DNA from: an uncultured Actinomycetes bacterium
GTDB taxonomy: Bacteria; Actinomycetota; Thermoleophilia; UBA2241
Direction: 5' to 3'
Assembly: GCA_963767005.1 (NCBI GenBank)
Contig: CAVYCN010000006.1
Location: 32,001 to 96,000, forward strand
DNA length: 64,000 bases
Shown here: in pieces, positions 17,293 to 26,304 of the stretch
Numbering within the stretch: position 1 is the stretch's first letter
Layout of the letters: each line of letters opens with the position of its first letter
Notes under the pieces: model-generated
The model's input: only the letters and a program-made list of their open reading frames with translations
Database searches by the model: none
Told to the model about the DNA's origin: nothing
Program-made: the position numbers and the translations under genes

Positions 17293-18699
17293 ATGAGCAA
17301 CGACTGGGACAGCGGCGCCCTGGAGGCTGTCGACGAGCACGTGATCGCGCGGGCGCGTCAACGCGCCCGCGCGACCGTCGCGCCGAAGCCCAACCGGATG
17401 TGGGGCACCGTCTTCCGCGTGCTCGCCTGGCTCGGCGGCATCGTCACGCTGGGTCTCGTCGCTCCGACCGTGTCGCCCCGGGACCTGTCCCTGCCGGGCG
17501 GCCTGGCCACCGACCTCGGCCGCGTGGCCGGCATGGTCGGCACCTACCTGCTCATGATCACGGTGCTGCTCATCGGCCGCATCCCGGCGGTCGAACGGGC
17601 GCTCGGTCAGGACACGCTCGTGCGCTGGCACCGGCGCCTGGGACCCTGGGTGATCGGCCTGCTCGTGGCCCACGGTCTGCTGATCACGCTGGGCTACGCC
17701 CAGGCGGTGCGCAGCGGCCTGCTGCACGAGGTCGCGACGCTGATCACCCACTTCCCCGGCATGCTGGGCGCGGTCGTCGGTCTCGGCCTCATCGTGACGG
17801 CCGGCGTCACCTCGTACCGCAACGTGCGCAAGCACCTGCGCTATGAGACCTGGTGGACCGTGCATCTCTACACGTATCTGGCCATGGCGGTCGCCTTCAG
17901 CCATCAGCTCGCCACAGGCGCGCCGTTCCTGGGCCACCCGCTGGCGCGCGCCTACTGGATCGCGCTGTGGCTGCTCACCGCCGGCGTCGTGCTCTCGTAC
18001 CGGGTGCTGCTGCCGCTGGGCCGCAGCCTCTGGCACCGGCCGCGCGTGGCCCGCGTCGAGCAGCACGCGCCCGGCGTCGTGTCGGTCGTCGTGCGCGGGC
18101 GCCACCTGAACGACCTGCCGGTGAGCGGCGGTCAGTTCATGAACTTCCGCTTCGGACGCAGCGGCCTGTGGTGGCGCGGTCACCCGTACTCGGTCTCGGC
18201 CCTGCCGGCCGGCAACGAGATGCGGATCACGGTCAAGGCCTCGGGTGAGCACAGCGCGGCGCTGGCCGAGCTCGAGCCGGGCACGCCGGTGGCGATCGAG
18301 GGTCCCTATGGAGCCTTCACCCACCACGTGCGCGAGACCGACCGCGTAGTGCTGGTCGGCGCCGGGGTCGGCGCGACCCCGGTGCGGGCCCTGCTCGAGG
18401 ACCTGCCACGGCGCGTCGACGTGGTCGTCATCCTGCGCGCCTCGAGCACCCGCGACCTCGTGCTGCGCGACGAGATCCGGCGCCTCGTCGAGCTGCGCGC
18501 CGGCCGCCTGTACCAGGTCGTCGGACCGCGCGAGCAGCGCCCGCTCGACGCCGGCCACCTGCGCCGCCTGGTGCCCGACATCGCCCAGCGCGACCTGTAC
18601 GTCTGCGGTCCGCGGGGCTTCACGGCGCGGCTCATCGACCAGGCTCGGGTGCTGGGCGTGCCCGAGGGCCGCATCCATCACGAAGACTTCGCGTTCTAG
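17293..18699 (+). CDS. Ferric-reductase-like transmembrane protein fused to an FAD/NAD-binding (FNR) domain
   Basis: Heme His motifs WHRRLG, LVAHG, VHLYTY, FSHQ. GHPYSVS, EGPYGAF, GAGVGATP, YVCGP, HHEDFAF. Confidence 0.88.
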   Translation: MSNDWDSGALEAVDEHVIARARQRARATVAPKPNRMWGTVFRVLAWLGGIVTLGLVAPTVSPRDLSLPGGLATDLGRVAGMVGTYLLMITVLLIGRIPAVERALGQDTLVRWHRRLGPWVIGLLVAHGLLITLGYAQAVRSGLLHEVATLITHFPGMLGAVVGLGLIVTAGVTSYRNVRKHLRYETWWTVHLYTYLAMAVAFSHQLATGAPFLGHPLARAYWIALWLLTAGVVLSYRVLLPLGRSLWHRPRVARVEQHAPGVVSVVVRGRHLNDLPVSGGQFMNFRFGRSGLWWRGHPYSVSALPAGNEMRITVKASGEHSAALAELEPGTPVAIEGPYGAFTHHVRETDRVVLVGAGVGATPVRALLEDLPRRVDVVVILRASSTRDLVLRDEIRRLVELRAGRLYQVVGPREQRPLDAGHLRRLVPDIAQRDLYVCGPRGFTARLIDQARVLGVPEGRIHHEDFAF

Positions 18700-18779
18700 G
18701 GGGACCCGATGGCGACGACTTCACACGCAATCACCGGGACCCCCGCCCGCCATGGTCATGACGAAGCGGAGGGACGGTC

Positions 18780-19298
18780 ATGAAACGCAAAGCAGTGGCA
18801 CCGGCGGCGGCCATCGTGGCCACGGCCGTGGGCCTGGGAATAGTGCTCGGGTACCAACCCAGCACCAAAGCGAGCGCGAGCCTGCCCGCGAACATCAAGG
18901 TGGGCTCGACCGCCGGCGTGGGCGCCGGCGCGACCGCCGTCGGCACCGACCAGGCGCTGAGCGGTGGTCTCGGCGACATCCAGGTCAGGGTGAGCGCCCT
19001 GAACGGCAAGATCACAAGCGTCGGCTTGGCCAAGCTCAACGTGCGTGGGCCGCAGTCGGCGCAGATCACCGGCAGCGTGATCCCGCAACTGATCAGCGAG
19101 ACGATGGCGTCGAACGGCGGCTCGATCCAGGCCGTGTCCGGCGCGACCTATACGAGCCAGGCGTACGGGGCCTCGCTGCAGGCCGCGCTCGACAAGATCG
19201 CCGCCACAGGAGGGTCCAATGCAGCTCTCGGAACCGGTAATGGGAACGGTAGTGTCGTTGGCAATCCGGGAGGCGGAGGCGGCTTCGGCGACGACTGA
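18780..19298 (+). CDS. Exported FMN-binding (flavinylated) protein
   Basis: Signal anchor; flavinylation motif IQAVSGATYTS. Confidence 0.88.
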   Translation: MKRKAVAPAAAIVATAVGLGIVLGYQPSTKASASLPANIKVGSTAGVGAGATAVGTDQALSGGLGDIQVRVSALNGKITSVGLAKLNVRGPQSAQITGSVIPQLISETMASNGGSIQAVSGATYTSQAYGASLQAALDKIAATGGSNAALGTGNGNGSVVGNPGGGGGFGDD

Positions 19299-20094
19299 GG
19301 GGCGCCGCGGCGCGGCGGCGATCGCCGCCGCGCCGTCCGGCGACCCGTCCGCCGCCTCGTCCGGCGACCCGTCCGTCGCCTCGTCCGCCGTCGCGGCCGC
19401 AGCGGCCCGGGCGATCGCCGTGCTGCACCACGTCGACGAGGTGTTCAGCACCTGGCAGCCCGACAGCCCCATGAGCCGCGTGCGGCGCGGCGAGATCGAG
19501 ATCGCCGCCGCGCCGCCCGAGCTCGCCGCCGTGCTCGAGCTCTGCCGCACGGCGCGCGACGCCTCGGGCGGCTGGTTCGACCCCTGGTCGATGCCGGGCG
19601 GCGTCGACCCGACCGGCCTGGTCAAAGGCTGGGCCGCCGAGCTCGCCGTGGGCCGGGTGCGCAAGGCCGCCGGCGTCGCCGGCGCGCTGATCAACGCCGG
19701 TGGCGACGTCGCCGTCTGCGGCGAGCCCGCGCCCGGTCAGCCCTGGCGTGTCGGTATCCGCCACCCGCTGGCCGTCGACCGCCTGCTCACCGTGGTCACG
19801 CTCGGCGGGCACGACCGTGCCGTGGCCACCTCGGGCAGCTACGAGCGCGGCGACCACGTGCTCGACCCGCGCTCGGGCGCGCCCGCTGCCGGTCTGCTGT
19901 CGGCCACCGTCGTCGGTCCCGATCTGGCCTTCGTCGACGCCCTCGCCACCGGCCTGTTCGCCTCGGGCGGCCGCGCCCTGCCCCGCATCGCCGGGCTGCG
20001 CGGCTACAGCGCCCTGATCGTGCAAGCCGACGGCACGACGCGAGCCACGCTCGGCTTCCCCGCCACCGAGCTCGCCGAGGTACGAGCGGCGTAA
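19219..20094 (+). CDS. apbE: FAD:protein FMN transferase
   Basis: MGTVVS, DPTGLVKGWA, INAGGDV, VATSGSYERGDHVLDPRSG, VDALATGLF. Confidence 0.9.
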   Translation: MQLSEPVMGTVVSLAIREAEAASATTEGRRGAAAIAAAPSGDPSAASSGDPSVASSAVAAAAARAIAVLHHVDEVFSTWQPDSPMSRVRRGEIEIAAAPPELAAVLELCRTARDASGGWFDPWSMPGGVDPTGLVKGWAAELAVGRVRKAAGVAGALINAGGDVAVCGEPAPGQPWRVGIRHPLAVDRLLTVVTLGGHDRAVATSGSYERGDHVLDPRSGAPAAGLLSATVVGPDLAFVDALATGLFASGGRALPRIAGLRGYSALIVQADGTTRATLGFPATELAEVRAA

Positions 20095-20198
20095 GGGCCC
20101 ACCGACGCGGTGCTCACAGGGCAGCGCCGGAGCGGCACGCAGCCGGGCCCTGAGACCGCCGCTAAAGGGACGGGGCTGCCCACGCCGATGTAGCCGGC

Positions 20199-20822
20199 GT
20201 GGACACGATCCGCGACACCGACGATCGGCCGGCGCCGCGACCCGACCTCGACGCCTGGGCCGAGGCGCTGCGCAGAGCCGAGGGCGAGCGCGCCGAGCGG
20301 CGCTCGGGGCGCGGCCTGTGGGAACACGCCCAGTGGCCGGTCGCCACAGCGGTCGTCGTCGCGCTCGCCGCGCTGACCTACACCCGCAACGGCTGGATCC
20401 CGTTGCTGTCGGGCGCCGACCTCGGCGCCCACGAGTTCGGCCACATGGTCTTCGTGTGGGCGCCCACGATCTGGTATCAGTTCGCCGGCTCGTTCATGCA
20501 GGTCGCGCTGCCGCTCGCGGTGTGCGCCTACTTCTGGCGTCGCGCCGACCGCTTCGCGGCGGTCCTCACGCTGGCCTGGGCGGCCGAGTCGCTCAACAAC
20601 GTCTCGGTCTATATCTACGACGCCACGCGCATGGTGCTGCCGCTGTTCAACGACGACGGCTCCGGTTCCGGGCACGACTGGCACAACATCCTGAGCGAGC
20701 TCGGCCTGCTCGGCTGGACAGACCCGCTCGCCTATCTGGTGCGCGCCCTGTCGATCGCGCTCTTCGCCGTCGCCTTCGGTTTCGCCCTGCGCGCCCTCGT
20801 GCAGGCGCGACGCGCGGCCTGA
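20199..20822 (+). CDS. Membrane protein with HExxH motif (M50-like metallopeptidase)
   Basis: AHEFGH, AGS, YIYDA, GHDWHNIL motifs and TM helices. Confidence 0.7.
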   Translation: MDTIRDTDDRPAPRPDLDAWAEALRRAEGERAERRSGRGLWEHAQWPVATAVVVALAALTYTRNGWIPLLSGADLGAHEFGHMVFVWAPTIWYQFAGSFMQVALPLAVCAYFWRRADRFAAVLTLAWAAESLNNVSVYIYDATRMVLPLFNDDGSGSGHDWHNILSELGLLGWTDPLAYLVRALSIALFAVAFGFALRALVQARRAA

Positions 20823-20830
20823 ACGCTCCC

Positions 20831-20857
20831 GGCGCGCGGCCTGAACGGCCGCGCGCC
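20831..20857. terminator. Hairpin between convergent genes (likely bidirectional terminator of mttB)
   Basis: Perfect 11-bp stem GGCGCGCGGCC-TGAAC-GGCCGCGCGCC. Confidence 0.6.
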
Positions 20858-20865
20858 CCGTTTGC

Positions 20866-22341
20866 TCAGGGTCGCACGGCGGCCAGCTCGCCTTCGGCCT
20901 CGACGATGATCCGCCCGAGCTCGGCCGCGACCGGCGCCGGCAGCGGTGTCGGCACGTGCGTCTCGAGCAGCCGGACCGCCTCGCGCCGCGCGCGTTCGTA
21001 GACCGTCGTCGCACCGTCGGCGGCCCACTCCTCGCGGACCCGGCGATCGATCAACTGCGAGCGCGACTGGCCGCGCATGCCGCGGTAGGTGTCGTCGTGC
21101 GACAGAAAGTCGCGGAACGGCCCGACCTCGGCGATCACATCGACCGAGAGCGTCTCGTCTGAGACCGGGATCCCGGGCACGCAGAACTTGACCATGCGCG
21201 CGAACTCGGCGTCCATGACGAGCTGTGCGTAGTCGATCGTGACGCCCGATTCCAACATCCCCAGCCCGTAGATCAGGTTGGCCCCTGCCAACGCCGGCAG
21301 CAGGCTGGTGAGGGTCTTCTCGTGACCGGATTGGGCGTCGGCCACCTTGGCGTCGCCCTACGCACCGGCGACCCAGCTCGGCAGCAGGTAGAAGCGCGCC
21401 AGGCAGGCCACCCCGGCGCCGATCATGCCGCACTCGGGGCTGCCCACCGAGGCGCTCGCGAAGCGCAGGTCCATGGCCGTCGTCGAGGAGCCGTAGATGA
21501 CGGGTGCGCCGCGCGTCGTGAGCTGCGCGAGCGTGATGCCGGCCAGCACCTCGGCGTTGTGGGTGACGAGCGTGCCGGCCAGGCTGACCGGCGACGAGCC
21601 GCCGGCCATGGCCATCGACAGCACGTTGACCGGCACGCCGGCGCGCGCCCCCTCGATGATGATGTGACAGGCGTCGGCGACCAGCTTGAGCGGGCTCACC
21701 GGGCAGGTCAGGAACGAAAGCAGCGGGCGCCGGCGTAGCGCTTCGCGGCCGCCGGCGATGGCCGCCGCCATGTCGATCATCGCGCGGGCGCAGAAGCCCG
21801 TGAGCGGACCGATCGTCGCGTGCTTCGTGGTGTTCGCGAAGATCGCCTCGGCGTTGTGCAGCGGCGCGGTGTCGGGCGGCACGTCGTGGGCGCCCAGGGG
21901 CCGCTCGACGACGTCGATCTCGGGCAGCGCGTCGATGATCCTCGTGCAGTCGGCGACGTCGCACTTACGCGACTCGTGCAGCTCGCCGGTCCGCGGGTCG
22001 ACGACCTGGATGCCCTCGCCGAAGTTGGTGAAGCCGACGCGGCCGTCCTCGAGCACGACGTCGCGGGCCGGGTCGCGTCCGCAGAGCACGACCGAGGAAG
22101 GCGCCGAGCGGACCGCGTCTTCGACCAGGTGCGCCGGCAGGCGCACCACGCTCGAGTCGCGGTCGACCTCGGCGCCGGCCGCCGCGAAGATGTCGCGGGC
22201 TTCGCCGTCTTCGACGAACACGCCGGTGCGCGCCAGCACCTCGAGTGTCGCCGAGTGGATCTCGTGCAGCTCGTCGTCGGTGAAGACCTCGAGCCGAAAG
22301 CCGCCGCTCGCTCGCGCGCCGGCCCGCGGGTTGCGCCTCAT
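20866..22341 (-). CDS. mttB: Pyrrolysine-containing trimethylamine:corrinoid methyltransferase (491 aa, in-frame TAG at codon 328)
   Basis: ORFs 21358..22341 and 20866..21345 share a frame, separated only by TAG 21358-21360. Read-through gives [49 protein letters not shown], matching the Pyl context of methanogen MttB. Confidence 0.95.
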
Positions 22342-22396
22342 GGCCGCCTCACCCCTCCCCGGTCACTGGTCGTGCCGCGTCCGATCCGCGCGCGCT

Positions 22397-23803
22397 CTAG
22401 CGCACGCGGCTCGTCGGGGCCGTGCGCTCGCGGAACCGCTCGACGCAGTTGATCGGCAGGTCGAGCACCCGGGCGATGTTCACCTTGGCCTCGATCATGT
22501 TCGCCTGCGCCGGCTGGCTGATCGCGTAGCTGTGGATGCGGCCGAAGCCGTGCTCGTTGCGCACGTCGGTCATGACGACCGGGTCGGACAGGTCGAACGA
22601 CGTCACGCCGAGCCTGTCGGCCACGTACTGCTTGGCCTGCGCGAGACGCATGCCGCGGGTCATCTGCGCGCGAGCGACCAGATCTCCGGCCGCCCGCATG
22701 CCGCCCATGCCCGCCGCCTGCGCATGCGCGTTGTGCATGCCGTGCGGATCGCCCGAGCCCACCTACAAGCCGTCGAGGCGCAGCAGGTCGACGAACGACT
22801 TGGCGGCCCTGCAGACGGCGTCGCCCGGCGGATGCACGAACATCGGCACTGCGCCGACGCCCATGCCGGCGTTCATGTGCACGGGGATCGTGGCGACCGC
22901 CATGCAGGGCTTGACGATGGCGATCGCGCGCGCCACGTTCCAGGCGCAGCTCTTACCGGTGTTCACGTTGACGACCGGGCCGAACATGGTGGCGCCGGCC
23001 TGCTGGGCCAGCAGGAGCTGGTCTTTGGGCCACAGGCCGGCCAGGCGCACGCCCTCGTAGGTGAGCTCGCCGTGCATGCCGAGCACGAACTCGCCCGCCA
23101 TGCCGAGCTGCACGCCGAGGTCGGGGTACTTCTGACGGATGATCGCGGTGGCGCGCAGCGCGGCCAGGAACTCGGGGTCGCCCGAGGCGCCGGTCGTGTC
23201 CCAGTCGATCGCGTCGGCGCCGGCCTCGTACTGCGAATCGGCGAGGTGCACCATGTCGAGGACAGCCATCTCGACCGCCTCTTCTTCGGCCGCCCGCGCC
23301 TCGGCGATCTTGCCCAGCGGCAGCAGCTCGTTCCAGTTGTCGCAGGGGCCGTCCGGTTTGGAGTACAGCCCGAGGTTGGGCATCACGCCGTACTGCAGGG
23401 GCGCCACCGTGGCGAGCAGCGCGTCGTGCATGCACTGCGCCTCGTAGGCGAGGATCGTGCGCACGACCTTGAGCGAGTAGTCGCCGACGCACAGCTCGAG
23501 CAGGTCGGCGCCCATCCACTGCTCGTAGGCCTGCAGATCCTGCAGGCGCGTGGCGTGGGTCTTCATGCCGGTGCCGTCGCAGGAGAGCACGACCTCGTCG
23601 CCCACGTCGACGCCGGTGAAGCGCGCCGGCGAGGCGTAGATGTCGAGCAGGTGGTCGATCTCGTCGGCCGCCAGCGGCGCCACCTTGGCGCGTTTGGCCG
23701 CCGCCTCGGACCCCGCCTCGAGGTCGGCCCTGATCTCGTCGCGGGTCATCCGCACGAACATGCCGTCGGCCATACGCGTCGGCACCCTGGGCTCGCCGCT
23801 CAC
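22397..23803 (-). CDS. mtbB: Pyrrolysine-containing dimethylamine:corrinoid methyltransferase (468 aa, in-frame TAG at codon 347)
   Basis: GTG 23803 after GGAGGGAGG; N-terminal TRMADG. ORFs 22763.. and 22397..22762 abut across TAG 22763-22765, giving LRLDGL-O-VGSGDPHGM...GMRAAGDLVAR, the MtbB Pyl context. Confidence 0.95.
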
Positions 23804-23894
23804 CCTCGTCCTCCCTCCGCTTCGCCGCCGGCGGGCCATCCGCCACACGACCTGCGACCGCGACGGTCCACCCTGTCCGGCGACCGCGGGTCGT

Positions 23895-23950
23895 TAACCG
23901 ACCGGTCAATCAGTGCGCGCCTATCATCGCGCCGGCCGGGTCCGTGTCAA
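23895..23950 (-). promoter_or_regulatory. Promoter and TetR-type operator of mtbB-mttB
   Basis: TTGACA on - strand (23950-23945). Operator TAACCGACCGGTCAATCAG (23895-23913) is identical to 40664-40682. Confidence 0.75.
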
Positions 23951-24480
23951 GGGACATCCGCGCCGCGCGCCGGCTCGAGGCGCACGATGGCCTCGCCCTC
24001 CCACTCGAAGTTCACCTTGTCGACCCGCAGGATGTGCCAGGTCTCGGTGTCGGCGATGCCCTCGATCTTCTCGAGCTCCTCGTTCAGAAACCGGTAGAGG
24101 CCCTCGTTGTCGGGCAGGTGGGCCTCGATCAGGATGTCGAAGGAGCCTGTCGTGTAGCCCACGTATGAGACCGCCTCCATGGCCGCCAGGGCGGCCCCCA
24201 CGCCCTTGGCAAAGCCGCGGTGCACACGGATGCCGACCATGGCATCGACGGGGTAGCCGATCGCGGCCGGGTTCACGCGGGCCATGGGCAGGATCGCCCC
24301 CTGGCTGATGAGGCGCTCCACCCGGTTGCGCGCGGTCGGCTCGGACACGCCCACGGCGCGCGCGATGCTCGCATACGAACGCCGCGAGTTGGCGCGCAGC
24401 AGGCGCACGATGTGGCGGTCGAGCTCGTCGAGCTCGACGACCCCGAACGGCGCCTCGCCCGCCCTGATCACGCCGCCCAC
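23947..24480 (-). CDS. Lrp/AsnC family transcriptional regulator
   Basis: LDELDRHIVRLLRANSRRSYASIARAVGVSEPTARNRVERL; TTGSFDIL in the RAM domain. Exact start uncertain. Confidence 0.92.
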   Translation of the reverse strand: MGGVIRAGEAPFGVVELDELDRHIVRLLRANSRRSYASIARAVGVSEPTARNRVERLISQGAILPMARVNPAAIGYPVDAMVGIRVHRGFAKGVGAALAAMEAVSYVGYTTGSFDILIEAHLPDNEGLYRFLNEELEKIEGIADTETWHILRVDKVNFEWEGEAIVRLEPARGADVP

Positions 24481-24662
24481 CCCACTCCCGCGGCTCCGGT
24501 CGCCGGGGCACAGGTCAGGCCGTCGGCGTCGGGCATCGCGTCACCCTTTCGAAAGCTGCAGACATCATCGTCATTCCTTTACGATTCTGTGGACTATAGC
24601 AGCTCGACCACATGAAACAAACGGCAAGTCGAGAGCGTGCCACCGAAAGAAACGATTGTGTC

Positions 24663-24691
24663 TTGACAGCCGCCGGACGGGGTGCCATCGT
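24663..24691 (+). promoter_or_regulatory. Probable promoter of the non-Pyl mttB-family operon
   Basis: TTGACA, 17 bp, CATCGT with TG extension; preceded by an AT-richer tract (24545-24660). Confidence 0.55.
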
Positions 24692-24810
24692 CCCGAGTCG
24701 GTGGGCCCCGGCGCCTGCGACGCTTCGCTCGGACGCGCATCTCGCACGCGCCGGACGCCCACCGGACCGGTCGCGGCACCGGGCGACCACGCGACAGAGG
24801 GAGACCACCC

Positions 24811-26304
24811 GTGAAGGCGAGCACGACCTGGCTCAGCGACGCGGAGAAGAACGCCATCGCCGACCACGCCCTCGAGGTGCTCGCCACCACCGGCATGCGC
24901 TTCGCCGGCTCGCGGGTCCTGCCCCTGCTCGCCGAGCAGGGCGCCGCGGTCGACCGTGCGCGCGGCCTTGCTCGCTTGCCGCGCGAGCTCGTCGAGCGGT
25001 CGCTCGCCGCCTGCCCGCGCTCGTTCGTCATGGGCGGCGCCACGCCGGCCGACGACGTCGCGCTCGGCACCGGCGAGGCCTTTCACTTCACGCCCAGCGG
25101 CTGCGTGGCCAAGACGCTCGACCGGCAGAGCGGCCGGCGCCGCCCGAGCACGCTCCAGGACCTGCGCGACTGCACCGGCCTCATGGACGAGCTGCCCGAG
25201 ATGGACGTCATGTCGACCCAGGTCAGCGCGACCGACGTCGGCCTTGAGCGCCGCGAGCTGCTCGAGTACTTCACCATGCTCACCGAGACCACCGAGCACG
25301 TCTCGTTCATCGACTGCCCGCACGAGGTCGACGCCGTGCTGCGCCTGTGCGACGTGCTCGGCGAGGCCGCCGGCTTTGCCGAGCGGCCGCGCTTCTCCAC
25401 GGTGTGCACCATCGCCTCGCCGCTGCAGGTCGACGGCGGGGCGCTCGACGTGCACCTCGCCCTGGCGCCGCGCGGCGTGCCGGTCGAGGTCTACTCCATG
25501 ACGATCGCCGGCGCGACCTCGCCGGTCACGCTGGCCGGCACCGTCGTCCAGGCGGTGGCCGAGTTCCTCGGCGTGGCCACCGCCTTTCAGGTGGCGGCCC
25601 CCGGCGCGCGCCTCGTGTTCTGCTTCGGCTCCGGCGTGCTCGACATGGTGCGCACGACCTTCTCGCTCGGCTGCGTCGAGAGCGGCCTCATGGCAGCCAT
25701 GGCCACCGAGGTCGGCCACCACCTCGGCGTGCCCACCCTCAACCCCGCGCTGTCGACCGACGGCAAGCACCCCGGCGTGCAGGCCGGCTACGAGAAGGCG
25801 CTCAAGGCGGCCACCGTCTGCGCCGCCAACCCCGACCTCGTGTCGGGCTGGGGCCTGATCGACTCGCACAACACGATGTACCTGCCGCAGTCGGTCATCG
25901 ACAACGAGATCGCCGCCATGGTGCGGCGCCTGTGCGCGCCGGTCGACGTGAGCGAGGCCAGCCTCGCCGGCGACTCGATCGCCCGCGTCGGGCCCGGCGG
26001 CGGCTTTCTGCGCGAGAAGGACACGGCGCGGCGCATCCGCGCCGGCGAGCACTTCCTGCCGACGGTCTCGAACCGGCTCTCCTACGACCAGTGGCTCGCC
26101 GAAGGTCGTACCGAGGTCGACGCCGCCGCCGCGCGAGTCGACGAGCTGCTCGCGCGGCACCACGCGCGCGGCCCGCTGCTGCCCGCCGACCAGCTCGACG
26201 AGATCGCCGCCATCTGCCGGGCGGACCCCGGCAGCGTCCTCTGGGCGCGGCGCGAGGAGCGCCGCGACCGCCCGCGTCCCACGCCAGGAACGGAGGCACC
26301 GTGA
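24811..26304 (+). CDS. Non-pyrrolysine trimethylamine methyltransferase family (MttB superfamily, MtgB-like) protein
   Basis: IAGATSPVTLAGTVVQAVAEFL. PTLNPALSTDGKHPGVQAGYEK has Ser where the paralogue has Pyl. ARVGPGGGFL. Confidence 0.9.
   Translation: MKASTTWLSDAEKNAIADHALEVLATTGMRFAGSRVLPLLAEQGAAVDRARGLARLPRELVERSLAACPRSFVMGGATPADDVALGTGEAFHFTPSGCVAKTLDRQSGRRRPSTLQDLRDCTGLMDELPEMDVMSTQVSATDVGLERRELLEYFTMLTETTEHVSFIDCPHEVDAVLRLCDVLGEAAGFAERPRFSTVCTIASPLQVDGGALDVHLALAPRGVPVEVYSMTIAGATSPVTLAGTVVQAVAEFLGVATAFQVAAPGARLVFCFGSGVLDMVRTTFSLGCVESGLMAAMATEVGHHLGVPTLNPALSTDGKHPGVQAGYEKALKAATVCAANPDLVSGWGLIDSHNTMYLPQSVIDNEIAAMVRRLCAPVDVSEASLAGDSIARVGPGGGFLREKDTARRIRAGEHFLPTVSNRLSYDQWLAEGRTEVDAAAARVDELLARHHARGPLLPADQLDEIAAICRADPGSVLWARREERRDRPRPTPGTEAP

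Noticed and set aside
20866-23848. Reading mttB and mtbB as pseudogenes or as four separate genes
   Set aside because: Both stops are TAG, in frame, at the family Pyl positions, with intact conserved sequence on both sides.
21686-24097. Long antisense ORFs (803 aa here, and similar ones at 46471-49830 and 55216-57729)
   Set aside because: They are typical stop-poor shadow frames of high-GC genes with no recognisable motifs.
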